Shown piece after piece: positions 50,718 to 62,180 of a stretch of DNA of 64,000 bases (the stretch's first letter is position 1; the number at the start of each line of letters is the position of its first letter). The stretch is taken from assembly GCA_976551045.1 (NCBI GenBank), contig CDPCPM010000073.1, positions 28,086,001-28,150,000 of the forward strand, written 5' to 3'. This DNA comes from Glaucostegus cemiculus. Taxonomy: Eukaryota. The notes below the pieces were generated by a model, which did not search any database, was not told the origin of the DNA, and saw only the letters and a list, made by a program, of their open reading frames with translations. A program made the translations under genes and the position numbers.

Positions 50718-51545
50718 TTGGTTTATTATTGTCACATGTACCAAGGCACAGTTAAAAACTTACCTCGCATACCATCCATACAGATAAACTCATTACAATA
50801 GTGCATTGAGGTAGTACAAGGTAAAATCAATAACAGAGTGCGGAATAAAGGTTACGGTACAGAACAAGTGCAGTGCAGATAGACAGTAAGCTGCAAGGTC
50901 ACAACGAGGTAGATTGTGCAGTCAGGAGTCCAGCTTATCGTATGAGGGAATCATTCAGTAGTCTATAACAGTGGGATAGAAGCTATCCTTGAACCTGGTG
51001 GTACATGCTTTCAGGATTTTGTATCTCCTGCCTGATGGGAGGGGGAGAAGAGAGAATGTCCGAGGTAGATGGGACCTTTGATTATGCCGGCTGCTTCACC
51101 AAGGCAGCAAGAGGTATAGACAGAGTCCATGGAGGGGGAGGCTGGTTTCCATGATCTGCTGAGCTGTGTCCACAACTCTCTGCAGTTTCTTGCAGTCCCA
51201 GGCAGAGCAGTTGCCATACCAACCCGTGATACATCTGGATAGGATGCTTTCAGTGGTGTATCGATAAAAATTGGTGAGTGTCGACGAGAACATGGCAAAT
51301 TTCTTTATCCTCCTGAGGAAGTAGAGGTGCTGGTGAACTTTCTTGGCCGTGGTGTCTATGTGGTTGGACCAGGACATGCTATTGGTGATGTTCACTCCTA
51401 GAAACTTGAAAGTCTCAACTTTCTTGACCTTAGCATCATTGATCTAGACAGGAGAATGTGTCCCTTCCTGAAGTCAATGACCAGCTCTTTTGTTTTGCTG
51501 ACATTGAGGGAAAGGTTTTTCTCATGACACCATGTCACTAGGCTA
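50718..51545 (-). mobile_element. Rex1/Babar LINE fragment nested in a CR1 3' end (50575-50715 / 51545-51680)
   Basis: Minus-strand WCHEKNLSLNVSKTKELVIDFRK and WSNHIDTTAKKVHQHLYFLRRIKKF...LTNFYRYTTESILSRCITGWYGNC. Tail GTACATGTGACAATAATAAAC. Confidence 0.88.
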
Positions 51546-53084
51546 CATAAATACATATAAAGGAGACTATTCAGTCTCCTTTGGAATACCACAATTAAGT
51601 CTGATTCTACTATTACCCCTGGCAGGGTATTGCAGAGCCTAATCACTCACTGTTTGAAAAAAATAACTCATGTCACTTTTGGATTTTTTGGGTTATCCAA
51701 GAGAGGCTTGAGGTCCATCAATGATGTTTTTTTTGTAACTAGATGAAGAAATATTTCTCATTCCATAACCACTGATAGGTTCCAGGAATTGGGCAGAGAA
51801 TGCTTATGTGATGGAACCCTCTTTAAGCAAGAGGAGATGATGTAAATGTGCTTGAATGATTCTTACTGAAAACCTGATCCTGATCTATCATGAAAAAAAT
51901 TGGAAAAATAAATCCCCTGGAAATGAGGAACTAAGAATAAGTTTTGAATTTTGAGATCATCGACAAGAAAGAGCAGATAACATTGACTTATTTTGCCAGC
52001 AACAGCTGAAAAATGAATAAAAACAAAAGCTTGCAATATTTATGGAGTGTTTGCATATAGAGTTGAGGCTAAAACGCAGTTAGGCTATAAATGCAATAGC
52101 TTAACAACTCTACAGGTTACCCCTAGGAAGTTGAATCAAAGCCTCACCTGTGATGTACATACACAGGCACGCTCCTAAAGATGATCTTTTTCACACCATG
52201 GTCGCTTCTGGGATGTGGGTATTGCTTGTCCATCCCTCATTGCCTTGAGGTGATGATGAACAACCTCCTTGGTCAAGGTACTTGCCCGATGTTATCAATT
52301 AGGGGAGTTCCATGTTGTAGACTGAGTACCAATGACTTCCTTAGTGATGGTAGAGTTCATGGGTTTGCCAAGTACTGTCAGAGTATTTAAGGAAAGTATG
52401 AAATGTAACCAGGAAATGCTGGGGACACTCAGCTGGTTAGGCAGCACCTTATCAGAACTCTGACTCCTCAACTTTGCTCTGTCATTCAGTTAGATCATGA
52501 CTGATTTGATTTTGGCCTCAACTCAATTTTTCTGCCTGTTCCTTATAACCCTTGATTCCCCTATTGTAGTAAAAGCAATAATAGGTTTAAACAATAATTG
52601 TTGCTTTTGGGTGTCACCTGCCTCGTAGCCACAATATTTGTGTATCTTCTCTCACAAGGAACTAAATGAGGGCAGTCCCTTCTAAGGACAACAGAGAAAA
52701 GTGTTAAAGGAGGATTTTTTGTTTTTGTTTCTTGGGTGAGCGAGCAATCTTAGCAAGACTATTTATTGCAAGACATGGGCCGAATAGTCTGGCCAATCAT
52801 AGTCACAGTTTGATTGAAAATATTAGGCACAGTGAAAAATTAAGCCACACACGAAGTTATAATAATGAATTAGATTATAAGGAGCTCATGTGGTGAGACC
52901 GTGTTCAAAAGACAAACTTTATCATTTACAAAATGAAATGCATCAACAAATGATTATATAGCACTCTGTTTATGGCAAAATTACAACAACACCTTTTATT
53001 GGAATATAATTGAAACAGTATAAATTGAACATTTGTCCGCCATCAACGTTTCATAATAATAATTCCTTTCACATTTTTTAACAG

Positions 53085-53112
53085 ATCGTGAAGACCAGTC
53101 AATTTTGTGCAC
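53085..53112 (+). CDS. myh11: myh11 exon 4 (28-nt microexon, DREDQSILCT)
   Basis: Acceptor TTCCTTTCACATTTTTTAACAG|, then ATCGTGAAGACCAGTCAATTTTGTGCAC, then donor |GTGAGT. Phases 1 and 2 fit the flanking exons. Not in the ORF track. Confidence 0.96.
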
Positions 53113-53260
53113 GTGAGTAAAATGCTTCGCATTTAGCTACTTGTGCTTTTGTTGTTTTAGGAATGCTTAAAGCGCTTTTAATCCTTCAGTATTTACCCCC
53201 AATATCTTAAGTTGAAGAAGTGGTAAAGAGGAAGGGAACTGGCAGAAATTTTGTGAAGTT

Positions 53261-53280
53261 TGTGTGTGTGTGTGTGTGTG
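53261..53280 (+). repeat. (TG)10 microsatellite
   Basis: Direct reading. Confidence 0.95.
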
Positions 53281-55539
53281 GATCAACTGGGGAGAGGCCT
53301 GCCTCCACCTCTTTGCAGATTGAAAGTTGCCAAACATACATTGCTGAAAAGCTCAAGCAGGACTGTTAACAAAGATACACAGTGCCGATGTGAAAATAAA
53401 ATGATTAACTATTAGTAATGCTCAGAAAGCAGTGGGGAAAACTGAAAAGCTAGTTTTTAATTCCAGATGCTTTCCAAGATTAATTACCCATGTCTTAGAG
53501 GGGCACGCTAAAACCGCAGAATAGCTTTCCAGATCTATCCTGTTCTTTAAACATTGGTGCTTAGCTCCTTAAGGCCCATCTTCAAGTAGCCTCTTGTTAT
53601 GTCCAGTTGGCTGATTCAGTGCTACGCCTCAGAGAGGCAAGTAACTGTACATGCCAGTAGACACTGACAAACATTTGCATATATATAAAATGTCATATGC
53701 AGTATTTGTGATTCATTCAATGTAGTGCAACAGCAAAAGCAGTACTTTTGGCTTTCCAGTTCACTTTAATTTTTTTTGCCAATACACCCAGCCCCTTCAG
53801 GAAACATATCTTTAACTGTCAGTCTGGTTCGTAATTATAAATAGTAGCCATTCAATAACATTTCCGTGTGCCCATCATACTGCTTGATTTTTACAATATG
53901 GTTAGCTTTAAGGAGGGAATTACTCCAAGGAGCACCAAATAAGGGAAAGTCCAAGAGATCCAGCAGAGAGCTGAAGATTGACATTCTGCATTACGAAGGA
54001 CAGGAAGTACAAACTTTGGCAGTGCTCACAAAGCATTCATTTATTGGTCAAAATGCAGAACATCAGTGCTCACTTAATGGCAATGGAAAAGTTGCATGTT
54101 CCCATGAAGTGCAGAATGATGAACAGAAATTGTCCAAATTAACAAATCCTCTTCTAAAATTCTACATGGTTGTTTTTGTGGGCAAAGAGATAATGAGTTT
54201 GTTTAAGTGGTACAATCTTCTCGACAAATCTGATCTGGACTAATTCCAGTTTTCTGTTACCAACCCATATCAGATTCAAATAGAATTATTTTGTGTCCCC
54301 TGAGCTGAAATGGGTGGGAAGGAAGGAATTCTTGTAATCTTATGTACTTCAAACAACACTTTCCTGTAATGGAATTAGACATGTTCCATTGTTCACTTTG
54401 TTTGTCACAAATACCAAATGGTAGTGAAATTCTAACGCTAAATCAGCCAGGAACCAGGGAAAAGACAAGTAGTAACTAAATATCAAAGGGCACCGATTTA
54501 TTGCGCTAATTGCCATGTTTAATTCAATGCTACATATTGTAATGTTTAAAATGTGACATTTTGAAATCCGGATGTGATTGTTTAATTATTATGGGTCAGA
54601 ACAACATGCTTTCCTTTTGCCAGTGATTTGAAAGAGAATCAATGGTGAGGCTTTCCTTGTGGGTCACTGTGTTTCTGACTTTCCCTATTTCTCACCACAG
54701 TGTAGAAATAGACTGAGCTGGAGGTCAAGTGGCAGCACATCTGAACTCCTGTTTAGCACTAGACTTGGTGCAGCGCAAACCTCCTGAACTGAGGGGCTAG
54801 GTACATATCAAATCTGATCCCTTAGCTTTTCCCCAGACAAGGTCGGTGCATCTAATGCAGGCTCATTCAATAGAATGGAATTGCTAATGTAGATGAGTAC
54901 CTTGGATTCTTTAATTAAAGCTTTCCATTAGGAACGTAACGGGGTCTGTGGATAACGGGTTGGGTTCTTGTCCTCCTGGTCCACTCTCAGTTCTGCCCTA
55001 CTTGCACATATTGGCTGGGTACACACCCTCTGAACTCTGGAGTATAGTGGTGTGGTCTGAGCATCAACAAGACTTTGGGCAGCACTGGGGGAGGTCTTGC
55101 CCTCAAAATGCCACAAGAGCTCACAACGCTGGGCTTTGCTAGCTATAAGAGTTGTAATTGATTATATGCTGGGGATGTTGGTCTTGGAGAGGAACCTGTT
55201 GTTAATCCTTACAGTGAATATGGAGGATTTGTGGAGACTGCATTGATGGTACCTTTCAGATACCTAAGGGTGCCTGCTGTAGGTGTTGCAGGTCTCAATG
55301 GCATAGTGGAGGGCAGAGAGAGGCTGCCCAATTGACCATGAAATTTGCGCCAGGTCTGAGGTTTAGATCTTCAAATACTCTTTTCCTCAATTAACCAAAG
55401 GCTGTGCTGGTGCATTGAAGGTGGTGGTAAGTTGTTTGCCTTCAGCGAGAGGTGACTCTCAAGTTTTCCCGGGTCTTACCATAAACCCTTATTGCCAGAG
55501 GGCAGTGTTGTGCAATGGGGGCATTGGTAGAAGACTATT

Positions 55540-55790
55540 GCTTTGCAGATGTGCAAGGACCATCTTCTCGTATGGCTCATTGGGCAAGCCATGTTAATCC
55601 CCATGCCCAACAACGTGCACTCCTGCGGCAGGCACACCATTCCTGATGGACAGAGGAAAAGATACAAGGAAACGTTCAAGTCTCTTTTGGAAAAATGCAA
55701 CATTCCCACTGACTCTTGGGAATCACTAGCCCGTGACTGCTCAAAGTGGAGGAGCACTCAGGGTGGGATTGAGAAGCTTATCAGTCACCT
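55540..55790 (+). mobile_element. Degenerate RTE-clade LINE fragment
   Basis: DGQRKRYKETFKSLLEKCNIPTDSWESLARDCSKWR, homologous to ~2080-2190. Confidence 0.75.
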
Positions 55791-58700
55791 CAAAACCTAC
55801 AGCACTGGAGTTGAAGCAAGTCTTCCCTGATCCTGAGGCACTCCCTAAGAATAATGGTAAGAATAGGGTGTTATCATTTCTAAAACACTCTGACACTTCG
55901 AGACATTTAAAAGCTATTAAGATAAATAATTGTTAAAAAAAATTAAAGACTGTTAAGATGCACCTCCACACCTAACAGGACAGGGCTCCACAACTGAACT
56001 CCATACAGTACAAATGCAGAGTGACTGGAATTTGGTTTCCTGATTGTGTCAGTAAGTCCTGGACTTCCACCTATCACGTCACATGCACAGAAGCCCAGGA
56101 TTTGCTACAGTCTCAACAGCTAATCACCAGGGGTTCTGATGGGAACTATCGGCAATAGTCAGTACAAATGTACAATTAATACAAACTGGACATCTGTAAA
56201 TTAACTTAATCTTTCTATGGATTTAAAATAAATGTCTGGATTAATGCCAAATAGGCCAAAGTCTAGCCAGAAACTGCAGAGTTTCAGTCCAGTTTATTTT
56301 CTAAAGCTGGAACATCACTAATGCTGGGCTCATATTTTGAGCAAAGATCTGACGTTAGCACAGAATCAGGGTGCCCACATTGTCTCCCTCCACTGGAGCC
56401 CTCTGTATGTCCAGGTACACAGCTCCGTGCTCTCCTTTACTACAGACTAACCTGCTGGGCATGTCCCACAGCCCTGCTATTAACAGTACATAACACAAAG
56501 AACTGTAATCACTCTCCAACTACACCCATTAACCTGTTAAACCATCCTCATTGCAACCCTGGTCAGACTACCCATCTCTCTTGCTACCTTCCCTGCAACT
56601 CAAATGACCTTTCATATCTCTCTTTCCCAGTTTTGATGAAGGGTCTCTGACCTGAAACATTAGCTCTCTTTCCCTTTCCACAGATGCTGCCTGACCTGCT
56701 GAGTGTTTCCAGCATTTTATGTGTTGAATACTAGTCTGCTCATTGTCGGCAGAATTCTAATGGACACTGCAGCATGTATGGAGAGCCAACTCTATCAATA
56801 ACTAAAATGCAGGTCATCCAGGAGGTTTTAATCTTCATGTTTAAAGTCGCTTTGATTTGTTTTTTGTAACGTGGGACACAGTGAGGGAGACATACCTTCT
56901 GCACTCCTGTTTCCCTGGAAAGGTGCCGGGTAGCCTTGATGGAGTCCTTGCAGGACACAGTAACCTCATGTCAGTGGAGAAATCAATCCGTTTGTGGATG
57001 TTTTTCATGTGCTGATTGCACATGAACAAGGTTTTACTCAGGTTAGACGGAGCTGATGATCAACTGGTGAAGTGGCACCCATTGTGAAACTATCGTGGAC
57101 AATTCCATGTGCACTTCACCTCATCGCAGATTAAGTTTTCCCAGTGTCAGCAGGTATTGTCCTCCTGTCTTGACATAAATTGGATCCTTCATGTGCAGCC
57201 TACTACCTTTGCTGAACTCACAGAAAAACTAGGAGTTGATTATGCAGGAATCAGTTCTGAAATCACCGGCATAGGTTCTGCACTGTTATTGACATCTTGC
57301 ACACAGCATCTACCGGACTCAGTTTTCAATGCTTGGGATAATGGAACCTGCATCAGTGCTGGTCCCTTCACTGTTCATAGCCTTTTAAGTAAATCACGTC
57401 TGAGTTGTGTGAAACACAAGGGATATCTCTGTCCTCTCTGCACTTTCCCTCACCTTCATGGCAGCCTTTTTATGCAACTGTTCTGTGCTGCCATGGGGAG
57501 GTTACCTTGAAGTCTGACCAGTAATCAGTATGGCCATGATATGGCCTCTTCACTCAGCTCCTGTCAATAAAATCATAGCACATAGTTCTGTGTGGAAAAG
57601 ACCTTGGCTGCTTTTATCATATTTTTGTTACATTCACAAATTTTTGAGAGTTGATCTGATCAGACATCAGTGCTGTATCTAGCATGTCTTATGCACCAAA
57701 AGAGAATGAAATCCAATTTCTAGGCAACTATGTAAATATGCTGCCCAGTGAATAGTGTGCATACAAACACACGAATTAAGAGCAGGTATAGGCAACACCA
57801 CCCCTCAACCCTGTTCCATTATTCAACAAGGCCATGGTTGATCTGACTGCAACCTTAACCCCGCATTGTTGCCCATCCCAGATAATCTTTCGTCCCCTGA
57901 TTTATCCAGAAACTCCCAAAGCTCAGAGCAAAACATGCCCTCTCTCTGTCTTGAATGAATGTCTGGTACTACAATGTATCAAAGTCCTACCATATGAAAT
58001 GCTCATTTCTTAAAGATATATACTTTAAAACAGCACAGACATGCTGAAGGGCCTCTTCCTGTGATGTACTGTTCTATACTCTATTTCCTATGCTTACACC
58101 ACAAATATCAGCAAACTTTGGGCCCAGGATGGAACGTTGGGTTGTCAGAGTAGGATAACGCAAGCAGCAGGGGTCTGATGGACAAGATGAATTTGGAGAT
58201 CATGTGGATAGAATTTTTGGGTGTGAGTTGGAGAGGAGTGTCCAGCAGATAAGGGGAAGTGGAAACGGCAGAGGCAGGTGAACATGCCAGTCATTTTCCA
58301 TCCCTAAACAGACATGGATATATATTTTACCAACCATGTATGGACAAGCTAGAGAAATCTATCAAACTACTGCAGTAGAAGGACTGAGGGGTGGAACTTA
58401 TGAAGCAGCTCTGATAATTGAGGCATCAAATTACTCCTTAACTCTTCTCTCCTCTTTCCTATATTTTTCCCACTCATTGTACCTCTCCCACTTCAGATAT
58501 GAATTTGTGTTGAACTGGGATCCTGAGCTTATAATGAGGCGGATGCTTATGGAATGAGGAAATGTCATACTGACAAATCATACTTGATGCTGTTCTACCT
58601 GGACAAAAGCTGACAGTTATCCTGATTTCCAATATCTCCTTGACCACCAGCATTAAAAGAAAATTCTCCAGTCACTTATATCATTGTTGTTTGTGAAAGC

Positions 58701-59167
58701 TTGCTGTGCACAGATTTGGCACTCACATTAATGACCATAAAATATTTTATTGGCCTTAATGTTTTTAAAATCTCCCATCAGTGTAAAATGGAAGGTACTA
58801 TATTGTGAAACTTCTTTCCTTCTTTCAACCAAGCTTAACTAAAGCTCCAACACATGTTAACATTCTTCCTTGGACCCACTCAGTCTTCTGTAGATTTTGA
58901 CTGCTTAGTGCTGTTTGCTTTACCTGTCCTGTGGTTGCTGTCTTTGTTGCCTTCCTGGAGCCAGAGTACTAGTGATTTGTTAATGGTTCACAAGAGCATT
59001 TTGACTTGCAGAAGCTCAGTTCTACATCAGTTTAGAATCCTTTCGGGGGATTTCCATCTTGTTTCATCTTTTTCGGGTGACTAACAGTAGGAACTTGAGA
59101 CAGGATGAAGCCTAATCTGTCATGCAATCACATATATATACACGGACACTTGCTCACACTTCGCAAG

Positions 59168-59360
59168 GTCACAAGATCACAAGACAAGGGAGCAGAAGTA
59201 GGCCATTTGGCCCATCGAGTCTGCTCCAAAGGGAAAGGGGGGTGGGAGAAAAGAAAATAAAGCACTTATTCTAACCCAATTTCCAGCCTTATCTCCGTAT
59301 CCCCTGACACCTTGACTAATTAGATATCTGTCTATCTCCTTCTTAAACACCTCCAATGTC
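59168..59360 (-). mobile_element. CR1 3' end
   Basis: (TCACAAGA)n tail, GGAGCAGAAGTAGGCCATTTGGCCCATCGAGTCTGCTCC, minus-strand VFKKEIDRYLISQGVRGYG. Confidence 0.85.
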
Positions 59361-60520
59361 ATAAAACAATATGTAGTTTTTTAGGGCCATGAATGTAACA
59401 CACTCCCCAATTTAACCCCTTGGGTAGTGATTCATGGAGTGAAAGAGTGATTCATGGCTGCTCACATGGCTTGGCCTCCAGCTAAGTACTCAATAATGTG
59501 TCCAAGCTTCTGGATCCCTGAACAATGTTGCAACCTCAACATGTTCCAATTCACCTCACAGCCAAAAAAATAGTTCTGAAGTGTAGCTCTCATTGTGTTG
59601 TGCAGCCAATATGCACTCAACTTCCTTCTCTGTAAAAAAGGAAGACTCTGTTTTTCATCCCCATCACCTAATCAAGTTAAGCCAAAGGCCTTCCTGTAAC
59701 AACTAACATATAAACAGCTAAAAATTACAAGTCATTGACTGCAGATTAAACAAAGATACTTAGGGCTTTGGACAGAAAACAGAGGAACCTTGCTGTACTG
59801 GTGCAAATCTGGTTTCAGCAGCATGTTCATCAACAATCTAATAGAGCATAAGTAGCATTGGACTGGAAACAAATACCCTGATTTACCCTCGTCTGGTGCC
59901 CAAAGGTTCTTGCAGACTTTTTACCCAGTGAAATCTGCCTGATGTGCTGATTAGGAAACAGAGAAGTTGCTTGGGCGTCTAACATTTCCCAAGAATTTAG
60001 GAAAATGTAGATGGGTCATGCACTTCAAAACTTAGGGAAATCCCAAACTTGTAAAGTATCTTGGGAATCTAAAGGCTCCATGCAAAGAAATTCAAGGACG
60101 GAATGAGTGCAAATGGAAAGACTTGGCCTTTTATGGTGTTGCACAATTTAGTAGACATGCTAAGGTCATTATTCATTTCCAAGTTAATGCAGATTGAATC
60201 AGTGTCAAAGTTAGAAGTAAAGCTCTTAAAGAAATGCTACTAAAACAGATGGTTTCTAATTATCTCTAAACTGCCTGAACAAATTGGTTAGAATAAAATT
60301 CAAAATACCCCACAGAAACATTAAACATTGTTTTGGGTGCTACATTCACAGTGGGGAGAAGAAGTGTTTAATTGTTCACGCCAGTGGAGCAGGCAGATTC
60401 AGAGCTTGCAGCTGTAATCACAGAAACCAAAATCCTTTAAAGAGACAGAGGGTGGGTGTCATTAGTGTTGATATGAATCTTCCACAATGAAATAACAATG
60501 TAAATTGTTAAATCGCTATC

Positions 60521-60765
60521 GCGGCACGATAGCATAGCGCTTAGCGCGACGCTGTTACAGCGCCAGCGATCGGGGTTCGATTCCCGTCGCTGTCTGTAAG
60601 GAGTTTGTACATTCTCCCGTGTCTGCTTGGGTTTCCTCTGGGTGCTCCGGTTTCCTCCCACATTCTGAAAGACGTACGGGTAGGTTAATTTGGGGGTTAA
60701 AAATGGACGGCGTGGACTCGGAAGGCCGAAAGGGCCTGTTACCACGCTGTAAATAAAATTTATTT
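60521..60765 (+). mobile_element. Young V-type SINE with CR1-type tail, ~60 nt upstream of exon 5
   Basis: tRNA head GGCACGATAGCATAGCG..AGCG, B box GGTTCGATTCC, V core, tail GTGGACTCGGAAGGCCGAAAGGGCCTGTTACCACGCTGTAAATAAA. Many CpGs are intact. Confidence 0.88.
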
Positions 60766-60827
60766 AAAAAAAATTTAAATATGGATGAACTTGAAAAGTT
60801 GCAATAATGCATGGGTTTCCTGCACAG

Positions 60828-60930
60828 GGGTGAATCTGGAGCTGGGAAGACAGAAAACACAAAGAAAGTCATCCAATATCTGGCTGTGGTTGCTTCCTCC
60901 CACAAGAGCAAGAAAGATGCTAGTGCTATA
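60828..60930 (+). CDS. myh11: myh11 exon 5 (103 nt; P-loop and loop 1); gene continues beyond the window
   Basis: Acceptor TTTCCTGCACAG|, donor ATA|GTAAGT. Encodes (T)[40 protein letters not shown] is MYH11-type. Confidence 0.96.
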
Positions 60931-61374
60931 GTAAGTCAATTCTTTAATATTTTCTCATTGTGTGCTAACAGTTTAATATTATCCAGTTGTCTTGAGAAGT
61001 CTTCGGGTCACTCTTGCATTCAGACAACACCAAACAAAACTAAAAAGCATTTATGATGTAAACTGGCAATAGAATTTTCACTTAAAGCAGTGACTTATAA
61101 TGAACAGAATCTGTGCAAAATAAAATCAAATGCTTGGATAATGTTAGCTTAAGATTTGCATGGTCACAATATACCAGTGGGCAAAATTTTGTGGTAAAAG
61201 GAACAGTGAGGTTAATATTTCTTATCAGATTTACATGGAAATCAAAGAGCAATTTCAAGTGCCTACTGAGGTTGTTAAATGTACCCTGTTATTTTCACAC
61301 AGTTCCATGATATGCCGACATATCTGTTCCTCTTTGTCCCACTGGCTATTGGGAGGCTTATGTATGACCCCATC

Positions 61375-62180
61375 ATAGTGACTGAACCTTTCTTGTTCCT
61401 GAGCTCCACCCATGTGGCCTCACTGGATAAGCTTTCAAGATGTCCTGTCTAAGTGCATCTGTAACATTCTCCCTAATCAATAATGCAACTCCCCCATCTC
61501 TTTCTATCACATCTGAAACATCCAAACCCAGGAATGTTGAGCTGCCAGCCAAGTTTCTGTAATGGCTACAACGTTGTAGTTCCAGGTACTAATCCAAGCT
61601 CTAAACTCACCTGTTATACTCCTTGCATCAAGATAAATACATTTCAGACTGTCTCTGTCCCACTGTGTTCATAAACATAGCCCTGACTCTTCTTCCTATT
61701 AAACTTATTTGACTTAAACTCTACCTTCTCCTCAATCTCTCCACCTGCTGACCTACTGCTCCGGTTCCCACCCCCCTGCCACACTGGTTTAAACTCTCCC
61801 AAGTAACACTAGCAAACTCCCTGCAAGGATATTGATGCCCCTCCAATTTAGATGCAACCTGTCCTTCTTGTATAGGTCCCACCTGCACTGGCAGAGAGCA
61901 CAATGATCCAGGGCTCTCTTCCAGTGCAAAGAAAGAGCAAAGAAAAGGGCTGAAGCCCTACCCTCTACAGCAGCTCTTTAGCCACGTATTCAACTGTACT
62001 ATCTTCCTAATTCTTGCCTAGCTAGCGTATGGCACAGGAAGTAATTCTGAGATTACAACCTAGAGATCCTGCTTTGTAACTTTCTACCTAACTCCCTAAA
62101 TTCCCTTTGCAGGACCTCATGTCTCTTCCTGCTGATGTCATTAGTACCAACATTGACCATGACCTCACCCTCCCCTTTCA
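61375..62180 (-). mobile_element. Degenerate CR1 ORF1(esterase)/ORF2-start fragment
   Basis: GTTTAAAC.CTCCC.AGTA.CACTAGCAAAC..CC.GC.AGGATATTG..CCCCTCC and GAGATTAC.ACC..GAG.TCCTG resemble recalled shark CR1 ORF1 antisense sequence. Confidence 0.55.
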
